Assembly: GCA_903929765.1 (NCBI GenBank)
Contig: CAIYVX010000082.1
Span: forward strand, 16,974-80,973
Length of the DNA: 64,000 nt
Direction of reading: 5' to 3'
Source: an uncultured Planctomycetia bacterium
GTDB lineage: Bacteria > Planctomycetota > Phycisphaerae > FEN-1346 > JAACEH01
Both the position numbers and the translations under genes were made by a program. Positions 50,252 through 58,215 of the stretch are shown here, piece after piece. The first letter of the stretch is position 1, and each line of letters starts with the position of its first letter. The notes under the pieces are model-generated. The model had not been told where the DNA came from. It saw only the letters and a program-made list of their open reading frames with translations, and did no database searches.

Positions 50252-51319
50252 ATGGTGCCGACGATCCGATCCGTTGCAGCGTGGTTGTTATTGGCTGTGT
50301 TCCTGGCGACTGCGGGGTGTACTGCGCCATCCACGATGCCAACGGCTCCGAAGGGCGCCGTGACGGGCGCCGCGTCGGCAGCCTCCAGCGCCCAGCCCCC
50401 CTGCCCGGCTACGGCGACCGACCTCAAGGGCGCCTATGCCATGAACGGTGAACTGTACGTCAACACCTTCGGCACGCCGGAGGGCCGGCCGATCACGACC
50501 GGACACCATGACATGAAGCCCTCCTGGTCCAAGACGGGCGACAGTCTCGTCTTCTTCCGCGTCATCGCCTTCGCCAAGCAGGTTCCCGACTGGAAGACCG
50601 CGATCTGCACGATCAAGACCGACGGCTCGGGCTTCCGCCAGCTCACCGACGGAACCCACACCGACTTCAATCCCACCTGGACGCGAGACGGCCAGAACCT
50701 GATCGTCTTGAATCGACAGGACAAACAGGTCGTCGGAACCCACAGTTACGTTGTGATGTTCACCCGCTCCGACGCCGGCCCCGGCGATGAGTACGCCGTG
50801 AGCGACACGCGGACCCCCACCGAGTCCCTCAGTTGCCTCAAGGATGGCCGCGAACTGGTCTGGGCCTTCAGGGGCCTGGGGATCAAACGTGGCTACTTTC
50901 TCATGACGCCCGGCCGAGACAACAGTGCGAAATACGAACCCCTTCAGTGCGAGTTGGCGAACGCGGGCCTGCTCGATCGTGTCAGCGTCTCGCCCGGCGA
51001 GACGAAGATCTGCTTCGAGTTCCAGAGAGGCTCCGGCGCCTACCGCTACCCCGGCCGGATTCTCTACATCGCCGACTTCGACGCCAGGGCGAAAACCATC
51101 ACCAACCCGAAGATCATTGCCAACGAGGCCGGCGACCCGGACACCGTCTATCTCTACCCCCGCTGGACCAGGGACGAGAGTGCGGTCGTTTACCACTGCA
51201 ATAAGACCGGCAAGAATCAGTTGTACCTGTACCGGCTTAAGGACGGATCGACGATCCGCGTTTCGACCAACGCCGGCGCGGATTATATGTTCCCCCACGG
51301 CGAGGCGACGCCGAAATAG
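50252..51319 (+). CDS. Lipoprotein with TolB-like PD40 beta-propeller repeats
   Basis: Lipobox LLAVFLATAGC, AGGAGA SD, and repeated P.W(S/T)..G..(L/V)V(F/V) blades (MKPSWSKTGDSLVFF, FNPTWTRDGQNLIVL, LYPRWTRDESAVVYH). Confidence 0.7.
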   Translation: MVPTIRSVAAWLLLAVFLATAGCTAPSTMPTAPKGAVTGAASAASSAQPPCPATATDLKGAYAMNGELYVNTFGTPEGRPITTGHHDMKPSWSKTGDSLVFFRVIAFAKQVPDWKTAICTIKTDGSGFRQLTDGTHTDFNPTWTRDGQNLIVLNRQDKQVVGTHSYVVMFTRSDAGPGDEYAVSDTRTPTESLSCLKDGRELVWAFRGLGIKRGYFLMTPGRDNSAKYEPLQCELANAGLLDRVSVSPGETKICFEFQRGSGAYRYPGRILYIADFDARAKTITNPKIIANEAGDPDTVYLYPRWTRDESAVVYHCNKTGKNQLYLYRLKDGSTIRVSTNAGADYMFPHGEATPK

Positions 51320-51366
51320 GCTTCCTCCGCGGCAGCTTTGCCGTGGGCCGACGAAAGGAACCGAGA

Positions 51367-52443
51367 ATGGCGAAAGAAACTGACCAACTCTCGCGGCGGG
51401 ACATGCTCAAGCTGGCCGCGCAAGCCGCCCTCGTGGCCACAGTTTCGGGCTGCCTCTCGCGGACGGTTACGCCGCCGGTTGTTAAGGTCGCGCCGGTTGA
51501 CCAGCCCGCGCCGGCGGACCAGGCCGTGGCGACCGGGACCATCCCCGCGCGGGCCTTCGGCCGGACCGGCCTGGAACTGCCGATTCTCGGCTTTGGCGGC
51601 GCCGCCCTCCCCGCCACCTGGGGCAATCCGCTCTCGCTCGACGACCGCGTGAAACTGGTTCGCTACGCCTATGATCGCGGCGTGCGCTACTTCGACACCG
51701 CCGGCAACTATTTTGAGAGCGAGTCGATTCTCGGCCAGGGACTGCTGGGCCTCCGTCAGCACGTCCAGTTGGCCACGAAGGTCCAGACGACCATCCCGGC
51801 CGAGGTGCCGAAGGCCGTGGAGAAGTCTCTCCAGCAACTCCAAACGGACTACCTCGACTTCATCCAGATTCACGGCACGCCGGGCCTGGAGCAGATGAGC
51901 GTCAAGCAGGCCATGGCGATCCACGGTGAACTGGTCAAGCTGCGCGACCAGGGCGTCGTCCGACATATCGGGTTCAGCGCCCACTCCTACTTCGACAAGG
52001 CCCTGGCCCTAATCGAGACCGGCGGCTTCGAACAGTGCATGCTGGCGTACGGCTATCTTCCCAAAGGCTACAATCAGGTCTTTGCCGCCAGAATGCTGGA
52101 GCTGCGTAACGCCTGCCTGGCCAAAGCCCATGAGCGGGGCATGGCCATCGTCGCCATGAAGGTCGTTGGCGCCGGGTGTCTCGGCGTACGGGCCGGATCC
52201 TTGGTCCCCGACTTCGACAAAAAACGCCTCACCCAACTGCCCGCCGCCGCGATCCGCTATGTGCTGCAAGACCAGCGGGTTAACCTCCTCGCCATCGGCA
52301 TGCGTCTCAAGCAGGAGATTGACGCGAACATCGGTACGCTTGCGGGGGATACTGCGTTCACCGCCGCAGACCGCGCGCTTCTTGCGGAGTTCTCCGTGCG
52401 CGTGCTGGATAGCGAACCGCTCAAGAAGCTGCGGGTGGACTGA
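51367..52443 (+). CDS. Aldo/keto reductase with Tat-type signal
   Basis: ATG 51367 (AGGA upstream) gives MAKETDQLSRRDMLKLAAQAAL (twin-arginine motif). AKR blocks follow (YAYDRGVRYFDTAGNY, DYLDFIQIHG). Confidence 0.8.
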   Translation: MAKETDQLSRRDMLKLAAQAALVATVSGCLSRTVTPPVVKVAPVDQPAPADQAVATGTIPARAFGRTGLELPILGFGGAALPATWGNPLSLDDRVKLVRYAYDRGVRYFDTAGNYFESESILGQGLLGLRQHVQLATKVQTTIPAEVPKAVEKSLQQLQTDYLDFIQIHGTPGLEQMSVKQAMAIHGELVKLRDQGVVRHIGFSAHSYFDKALALIETGGFEQCMLAYGYLPKGYNQVFAARMLELRNACLAKAHERGMAIVAMKVVGAGCLGVRAGSLVPDFDKKRLTQLPAAAIRYVLQDQRVNLLAIGMRLKQEIDANIGTLAGDTAFTAADRALLAEFSVRVLDSEPLKKLRVD

Positions 52444-52603
52444 GTTCACCGCCGGGGCCGGGCGTCATTGGTTCATCGCCGCAACACTTTTTATCCCCAA
52501 GGTCTTGATTTCCTGACACGAAGTCCTCAAACTGTTGTCCGAAGAGCCCGGCTTCGTGGCCGGACCAGTCCAAGTGGAAAATATCGGTTAAAAGGAGATT
52601 CTC

Positions 52604-53404
52604 ATGCTCGTAGTTGCCGAACGCCTCAACTGCACCCGTAAACGCATCCGCCAGGCCGTCCTGGACAAGAACGCGGAGTTCGTCCGCGATGAGGCCACCC
52701 GCCAGGCCGCGGCCGGCGCCGCCTATATCGACGTCAACTCCGCCACCGGCGTCGACTCGGAAGTCGACGACATGAAATGGATGATCGAGCAGGTCCGCTC
52801 TGTCACCGCCCTGCCCATCAGCGTCGACACGGCCAACCCCACGGCCATGCGCGTCGGCCTGGAGCTGCACGGCCCCGGCCAGCCCATGCTCAACTCCATC
52901 ACCGGCGAAAGTGAACGCCTGAAGATCATGCTGCCTCTGGCCGCGGCGTTCCACACCAAGGTCGTCGCCCTGGCCATGGACGACACCGGCATGCCCGAAA
53001 CCATCGACGCCCGCTTCGTGGCCATCGAAAAAATTCTTGCCGCCGCCGGCCCTCTCGGCATCAAACGAGAGGACATCTACATCGACCCGCTCATCCGCCC
53101 CATCTCGACCAACCCCACCCACGCCCTGGACTGCCTGGAAACGGTGCGGCGCATCAAGGCCGAGTTCGGCCCGCTCCAGACCACCGGCGGCCTCTCCAAC
53201 GTCAGCTACGGCCTGCCCAAGCGCAACCTCATCAACCGCGTCTTCATCCCCTACATGATCCTCTCCGGCATCGACGCCGCCATCATCGACCCGCTGGAAC
53301 CCGGCATCATGGCCGCCATCTACGCCGCCGAAGCCATCCTCAACCGCGACGAATACTGCATGAACTACATCACCGCCGACCGCGAAGGACGACTGGGACT
53401 ATAG
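52604..53404 (+). CDS. Pterin-binding methyltransferase (methyltetrahydrofolate:corrinoid type, AcsE/MtrH-like)
   Basis: 266 aa TIM-barrel pterin-binding pattern: ...YIDVN...ISVDT...MLNSITGE...GGLSNVSYGLP... Strong AAAGGAG SD. Confidence 0.7.
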   Translation: MLVVAERLNCTRKRIRQAVLDKNAEFVRDEATRQAAAGAAYIDVNSATGVDSEVDDMKWMIEQVRSVTALPISVDTANPTAMRVGLELHGPGQPMLNSITGESERLKIMLPLAAAFHTKVVALAMDDTGMPETIDARFVAIEKILAAAGPLGIKREDIYIDPLIRPISTNPTHALDCLETVRRIKAEFGPLQTTGGLSNVSYGLPKRNLINRVFIPYMILSGIDAAIIDPLEPGIMAAIYAAEAILNRDEYCMNYITADREGRLGL

Positions 53405-53445
53405 GCTGCGGTTGCCCTTTCTTTTTCACCCGCACCCCCTTGCCG

Positions 53446-53482
53446 GTGGGTGAAATGGTCTGGCGCAGACAGGCCATGAAAG
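53446..53482 (+). repeat. Family H hairpin repeat
   Basis: Core ATGGTCTGgcgcagaCAGGCCATGAAAG (53455-53482) has 2 mismatches against 61704-61731. Confidence 0.8.
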
Positions 53483-53501
53483 AATAACTGTTCGCAAATA
53501 T

Positions 53502-53526
53502 TGTAGGGTGCGTGCTTGCACGCACC
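53502..53526 (+). repeat. Family F (GTAG-headed) REP, variant
   Basis: TGTAGG-GTGCGTGC-tt-GCACGCAC-C: a GTAG head and a perfect 8-bp hairpin. Confidence 0.6.
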
Positions 53527-53587
53527 AAAATTAAAAGCTGTTTTCCGCTTGCTGTTGCCGTCGTTTCTTTTATTGAATTTTCTTCTT

Positions 53588-53620
53588 TTGAAGCCCCCAG
53601 CACTACTGGGGGATGCTGTT
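53588..53620 (+). repeat. Family G hairpin repeat
   Basis: TTGAAGCCCCCAGcactaCTGGGGGATGCTGTT has 2 mismatches against 61566-61598. Confidence 0.85.
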
Positions 53621-53647
53621 TCTTCTTTTTCTTAGAAATCTTTCGCC

Positions 53648-54133
53648 ATGACCAAAACTTCTTTCACCATCCGCCCCGCCACTCCCGCCGACGCCGACGC
53701 CGTCGTCGCCATGTGGCAGATCATGGTGGACCAGCACCAGGCTTACGATCGCCTGCGCTGGCGCATGAAGCCCAACGCCCCCGCCCTTTGGCGCAAGTTC
53801 TTTCTGGAAGTCCTGGCCAAAAAAGATTCCTTCGCCCTGGTCGCCGTCAACGCCACTGGTCAACCCATTGGCTATCTCGTCGCCAACATCGCCGCTCCGC
53901 CGCCGATCGTGGCCATCCGCTCCCGCGGCGATATCGGCGATCTCTTTGTCCGAAAAGAATATCGCCGCCACGGTCTCGGCCGCCGACTAATGAACCACGC
54001 CGTCAAAATCATGAAGAGCCGCGGCGCCGAATATATCAGCCTCTACGTTGCCGCCTCGAACCGCAGCGCCGTCCGTTTCTACAAAAACCTCGGCCTGAAA
54101 CCGCTCGTGCTGCAGATGTGCAATAAGTTATAA
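53648..54133 (+). CDS. GNAT-family N-acetyltransferase
   Basis: 161 aa with acetyl-CoA motif A region VRKEYRRHGLGRRLMNHAV and ...SAVRFYKNLGLKP. Confidence 0.8.
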   Translation: MTKTSFTIRPATPADADAVVAMWQIMVDQHQAYDRLRWRMKPNAPALWRKFFLEVLAKKDSFALVAVNATGQPIGYLVANIAAPPPIVAIRSRGDIGDLFVRKEYRRHGLGRRLMNHAVKIMKSRGAEYISLYVAASNRSAVRFYKNLGLKPLVLQMCNKL

Positions 54134-54139
54134 TGAAAC

Positions 54140-54174
54140 GTGCCACGGCGGGTCTTGTCCCGCCGTGCGAATGC
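54140..54174 (+). repeat. Family E hairpin repeat (upstream of valS)
   Basis: GTGCCACGGCGGGtcttgtCCCGCCGTGCGAATGC. A second copy in the same orientation is at 58120-58153. Confidence 0.85.
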
Positions 54175-54207
54175 GGGCCGACGCTCGCTAAAAGGATAAT
54201 TGTCCCG

Positions 54208-57200
54208 ATGACCCAACCCGAAACCAACTCCACCAACCCCACCGACCTTCCCACCCAATACGACCCCAAGCTCTTCGAAAAGGAAGTTTACGCCTTCTGG
54301 GAATCTCATAACTATTTCCACGCCGACCCCGCGCGCGGCGGAAAACCCTACGCCATAGCCATCCCGCCCCCCAACGTCACTGCCGCCCTCCACCTCGGCC
54401 ACGCCCTCAACAACACCCTTCAGGACATCCTCGTCCGCTGGCGCCGCCAGCAGGGCTACAACACCCTCTGGATGCCCGGCACCGACCACGCCGGCATCGC
54501 CACCCAGGCCGTCATCGAAAAACGTCTCCTCGCCAACGAAGGCCTGCGCCGCAAAGACCTCGACCCCGACCCCGCCGTCGCCCGCACCAAGTTCGTCGCC
54601 CGCGTTCAGGCCTGGAAAGACGAGTACGAAGCCCGCATCCTCGGCCAGCTCAAAGCCATGGGCTGCTCCTGCGACTGGGACCGCACCCGCTTCACCATGG
54701 ACGAAACCTGCGCCGCCGCCGTCCGCGAAGCCTTTTTCCGCCTCTTCAAAGACGGCCTCATCTATCGCGGCAAACGCCTCGTCAACTGGGACCCCGCCAC
54801 CCAGACCGTCCTCGCCGACGACGAAGTCGAACACGAAACCGTCCAGGGAAATTTCTATTACCTCCGCTACCCGCTGGCTGAAGCCGTTGCTTTACCCAGT
54901 GACACGGGCATCTTGCCCGTGAGTCCCACGGGCGTCCCGCCCGTGGCCGCCGTTTCTTCTTCACCCAGTGGCACGGGCGTCCCGCCCGTGAGTGCCACGG
55001 GCATCTTGCCCGTGGAAGACTTGCCTGTAATCAAGCGTCAGGGTGCCAACCTGCCTCACTGGACTCAATCCGGCGCAACCTATGCCATCACGTTCCGGTT
55101 GGCCGATTCTCTCCCCGCCCAAGTCATTGAATCATGGAAGCATCACCGGGAAGAAATCGAACAAAGAGCCAACTCCCAAGGCCGCAAGATGACCTGGCAG
55201 GAGCGTAAGGAACTCCACCAACTGTACGAATCCCGCATCGACAGCATGCTGAACACCGGTCTTGGGGCGTGTTATCTCAACAATCCGGAAGTAGCCGAAA
55301 TCGTCCAGGACGCACTGAAACATTTCCACGGCGAGCGATACGAACTGATCGCCTGGTCACTCATGCCCAACCACATCCATGCCGTTCTCCGTCCTCTGGG
55401 AGAACACCATCTCGCGGACATCATCCACTCCTGGAAGTCCTTCACGGCTAAGCAAGCCAACAAAATTCTTGGACGAGAAGGACAGTTCTGGATGGAGGAA
55501 TACTACGACCACCTGATTCGCGACGAAGAGGATTTTGGCCATGCGGTAATGTACGCGATCAGCCATCCGGAGCGCGCCGGCCTGGCCGACTGGCCGTGGG
55601 TCGGACTGCAAAAAACGGCACAGGGGCAAGATGCCCCTGCGACTCACGGGCAAGATGCCCGTGCCACTGTTATAACACACATCACCGTCGCCACCACCCG
55701 ACCCGAAACCATGCTCGGCGACACCGCCGTCGCCATGAACCCCCGCGACCCCCGCGCCGCCGCTCTCGTCGGCCAGATGGTTCGCCTCCCCATCGTCGGC
55801 CGCCTCATCCCCATCATCGCCGACGAACACGTCGTCCTCCCCAACCCCGAAGGCGACGAAAAAGCCCGCTTCTCCACCGGCTTCCTCAAAGTCACACCCG
55901 CCCACGACCCCAACGACTGGGACATCGGCCAGCGCCACAAACTCCCGGCCATCAACGTCATGGCCCCCGACGGCTCAATCTCCGACAAGCACGGCTGGAC
56001 CGACTGGGACGCCGTCAAAAATCCTGATGTCGAAAAATTCATTGGCCTCGACCGCTTCATAGCCCGAAAGAAGATCGTCGACTGGTTCGGCGAAAACAAT
56101 CTTCTCGAAGAAGTCCGCCCCTACGCCCACGAAGTCGGCCACTCCTACCGCAGCCATGTCCCCATCGAACCCTACCTCTCCGACCAGTGGTTCATCGCCG
56201 TGAAAAAGCCGTTTCTTCTTCACCCCTCTCCCTCGGGAGAGGGTGGCCCTTCAGGGCCGGGTGAGGGGTTGAGGCCCTTGCCCGTTCCGACCGCGCCCGA
56301 ACTGATCCCCGGCACCGACGTGCCAGTTAATTCTTTAGCCGGCTTGGCCATCAAGCCGCTCCTCGACGGCAAACTCAAATTCGTCCCCGAGCGCTACGCC
56401 CGCAACTACCAGAACTGGCTCGAAAACCTTCGCGACTGGCCCATCTCCCGCCAACTCTGGTGGGGACACCGAATTCCAGTGTGGCAAGGAATCACTGAAT
56501 TTGGATCGAAGGTGTTTGAGGGCAAGGACACAGCAAAATCTCCATTCGGAATAGCCGGCGTAGAAGGAATACACATACAGCACAGAGATGAGGCTGGAAA
56601 ACTGGGACTGTATGCCTCGGTACCGCCCGGCCATCCAGACAAGGAAAAGAAACTGGAGGAGGCTGGCCTAACCCGCGACCCCGACGTCCTCGACACCTGG
56701 TTCTCTTCCGGCCTCTGGCCCATCTCAACCCTCGGTTGGCCGGAACAAACCGACGCGCTGAAATTCTATTACCCCACCTCCGTCCTCTGCACCGCCCGCG
56801 AAATCATCACCCTCTGGGTCAGCCGCATGGTCATGTTCGGCGAATATTTCCAGCACGACCTCCCCTTCCGCACCGTCTACATCCACGCCATGATTCAGGA
56901 CGGCGAAGGCCGCAAAATGTCCAAGAGCCTCGGCAACGGCATCGACCCCCTCGACATCATCGACTCTCACGGGGCCGACGCCATGCGCTTCACCATCGCC
57001 GCCATGACCACCGAAACTCAGGACGTCCGCATGCCGGTCGAAACCCTCACCCTCCGCGACGGCCGCACCGCCAACTCCAGCCCCAAGTTCGACCTCGGCC
57101 GCAACTTCTGCAACAAGCTCTGGAACGCCTCCCGCTTCGCCTTCATGAACCTCGCCGAACTTTCCCCCGAGCCGTTCGACCGCGCAAAAATGCTCCTCGA

Positions 57201-58053
57201 AGACCGCTGGATTCTCTCCCGCCTCACCACCACCGTCGAAGCCGCCACACAGGCCCTCGAAAAGTTCCAGTTCCACGACGCCACCGACGTGATCTACTCT
57301 TTCTTCTGGAACGATTTCTGCGACTGGTACCTCGAAATCACCAAGCCGCGCATGCGCGACGCCGCCACCAGAGCCGTCCCCCAACGCATCCTCGCCTACG
57401 CCCTCGACCGTCTCCTGCGGCTCCTCCACCCCTTCGTCCCGCACATTACCGAGCACCTCTGGACCCACTTCGCCCGCCTCGTCCCCGACCGCTCGCTCGA
57501 CTCTGCGGCCCCCGCCCCACCCGCCGAAGCCTGCATCATCGCCCTTTGGCCCGAGCCGGTCGCCGCTTTTTACGCGCCCCAGGCCGAAACCGATTTCGCC
57601 CTCGTCCAGGCCGTCATCCGCGCCATCCGCAACATCCGTTCGCGCATGAACATCGCCCCGCGCGTCCCGCTCCGCGCCGTCATCCGCTCGAGCGCCGCCG
57701 CCACCGCCCGCCTCTCCGCCGCCGCCGACACCATCCGCCACCTCGCCGCCCTCGAATCTCTTGAGGCCGACCCTGCCGCCGAAAAGCCCAAAGCCTCCGC
57801 CGCCGAAATCGTCGAAGGCCTGGAAGTCTTCGTCCCCCTCGCCGGCGTCATCGACCTCGCCACCGAGCGCGACCGCCTCGCCAAACTCTCGGCCGAGAAG
57901 GATAAGGCCCTCGACAGCGTCCGCAAAAAACTCTCGAACGAAAACTTCGTCGCCCGCGCCAAGCCCGAAATCGTCGCCAGCGAACGCGACCGCGCCGCCA
58001 AGCTCGAATCCGAACTCGCCGCCCTCACAGCCAACATGAAAGATTTGGAATAG
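54208..58053 (+). CDS. valS: Valyl-tRNA synthetase carrying in-frame mobile-element insertions
   Basis: ORF 54133..58053. ATG 54208 gives MTQPETN...PTQYDPKLFEKEVYAFWE. HIGH (PPNVTAALHLGHA), ATTRPETMLGDTAV, DWPISRQLWWGHRIP, KMSKS (RKMSKSLGN) and a coiled-coil C-terminus are all present in one frame. 1281 codons because of the inserts at 54899-55667 and about 56200-56300. Confidence 0.9.
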   Translation: MTQPETNSTNPTDLPTQYDPKLFEKEVYAFWESHNYFHADPARGGKPYAIAIPPPNVTAALHLGHALNNTLQDILVRWRRQQGYNTLWMPGTDHAGIATQAVIEKRLLANEGLRRKDLDPDPAVARTKFVARVQAWKDEYEARILGQLKAMGCSCDWDRTRFTMDETCAAAVREAFFRLFKDGLIYRGKRLVNWDPATQTVLADDEVEHETVQGNFYYLRYPLAEAVALPSDTGILPVSPTGVPPVAAVSSSPSGTGVPPVSATGILPVEDLPVIKRQGANLPHWTQSGATYAITFRLADSLPAQVIESWKHHREEIEQRANSQGRKMTWQERKELHQLYESRIDSMLNTGLGACYLNNPEVAEIVQDALKHFHGERYELIAWSLMPNHIHAVLRPLGEHHLADIIHSWKSFTAKQANKILGREGQFWMEEYYDHLIRDEEDFGHAVMYAISHPERAGLADWPWVGLQKTAQGQDAPATHGQDARATVITHITVATTRPETMLGDTAVAMNPRDPRAAALVGQMVRLPIVGRLIPIIADEHVVLPNPEGDEKARFSTGFLKVTPAHDPNDWDIGQRHKLPAINVMAPDGSISDKHGWTDWDAVKNPDVEKFIGLDRFIARKKIVDWFGENNLLEEVRPYAHEVGHSYRSHVPIEPYLSDQWFIAVKKPFLLHPSPSGEGGPSGPGEGLRPLPVPTAPELIPGTDVPVNSLAGLAIKPLLDGKLKFVPERYARNYQNWLENLRDWPISRQLWWGHRIPVWQGITEFGSKVFEGKDTAKSPFGIAGVEGIHIQHRDEAGKLGLYASVPPGHPDKEKKLEEAGLTRDPDVLDTWFSSGLWPISTLGWPEQTDALKFYYPTSVLCTAREIITLWVSRMVMFGEYFQHDLPFRTVYIHAMIQDGEGRKMSKSLGNGIDPLDIIDSHGADAMRFTIAAMTTETQDVRMPVETLTLRDGRTANSSPKFDLGRNFCNKLWNASRFAFMNLAELSPEPFDRAKMLLEDRWILSRLTTTVEAATQALEKFQFHDATDVIYSFFWNDFCDWYLEITKPRMRDAATRAVPQRILAYALDRLLRLLHPFVPHITEHLWTHFARLVPDRSLDSAAPAPPAEACIIALWPEPVAAFYAPQAETDFALVQAVIRAIRNIRSRMNIAPRVPLRAVIRSSAAATARLSAAADTIRHLAALESLEADPAAEKPKASAAEIVEGLEVFVPLAGVIDLATERDRLAKLSAEKDKALDSVRKKLSNENFVARAKPEIVASERDRAAKLESELAALTANMKDLE
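54899..54946 (+). repeat. REP-B double-hairpin repeat (inside valS, left copy 1)
   Basis: GTGACACGGGCatcttGCCCGTGAGTCcCACGGGCgtcccGCCCGTGG, translated in the valS frame as SDTGILPVSPTGVPPV. Confidence 0.85.
54968..55014 (+). repeat. REP-B double-hairpin repeat (inside valS, left copy 2)
   Basis: GTGGCACGGGCgtcccGCCCGTGAGTGcCACGGGCatcttGCCCGTG, translated as SGTGVPPVSATGILPV. Confidence 0.85.
55617..55667 (-). repeat. REP-B double-hairpin repeat (inside valS, right copy, inverted)
   Basis: GGCACAGGGGCaagatGCCCCTGcGACTCACGGGCaagatGCCCGTGCCAC is the reverse complement of the REP-B consensus, translated as TAQGQDAPATHGQDARAT. Confidence 0.85.
56210..56269 (+). repeat. Family C repeat with shared leader, inside valS
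   Basis: GCCGTTTCTTCTTCACCCCTCTCCCtcGGGAGAGGGTGGCCCttcaGGGCCGGGTGAGGGG, the same element as the intergenic copy at 46301-46349. It is read in frame as PFLLHPSPSGEGGPSGPGEG. Confidence 0.85.
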
Positions 58054-58074
58054 GTGGACTCACATCCGTCGAAC

Positions 58075-58113
58075 GGGTGGCATGGCGGCCGTCGTTTGCC
58101 GCCATGTTTCGCC
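58075..58113 (+). repeat. Family D hairpin repeat
   Basis: GGGTGGCATGGCGGCcgtcgtttGCCGCCATGTTTCGCC, 22 nt after the valS stop. Lies between convergent valS and the response regulator gene, so it may act as a terminator. Confidence 0.85.
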
Positions 58114-58119
58114 CCGGGT

Positions 58120-58153
58120 GTGCCACGGCGGGCTTGCCCCGCCGTGCGAATGC
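58120..58153 (+). repeat. Family E hairpin repeat (downstream of valS)
   Basis: GTGCCACGGCGGGcttgcCCCGCCGTGCGAATGC, in the same orientation as 54140-54174. Confidence 0.85.
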
Positions 58154-58215
58154 CCGCCAACCCCGGTTGCTCTAAAACGTGTTTTGATTCTTCTTTTTCT
58201 CTTTCCGCAACTCCC

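Larger units (their letters stand above)
54899..55667 (+). mobile_element. REP-B / RAYT / inverted REP-B module embedded in frame in valS
   Basis: Two forward REP-B copies are followed by an RAYT-like coding segment (about 55012-55610: ANLPHWTQSGATYAITFRLADSLP, HUH = LMPNHIHAVLRP, FWMEEYYDHLIRDEEDFGHAVMYAISHPERAGLADWPW) and one inverted REP-B. There is no separate stop codon. A hand count of G+C for nt 55101-55200 gives 55%. Confidence 0.8.

Noticed and set aside
54134-54207. A T-box or other tRNA-sensing leader upstream of valS.
   Set aside because: The 74-nt spacer is too short and is essentially filled by the family E hairpin. No specifier loop or T-box sequence is visible.
54880-55690. 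The valS insertion could be an intein.
   Set aside because: There is no Cys/Ser/Thr at the upstream junction, no His-Asn plus Cys/Ser/Thr at the downstream junction, and no intein blocks A/B/F/G or homing-endonuclease motifs. The insert instead carries HUH/Tyr transposase motifs and is bounded by REP hairpins.
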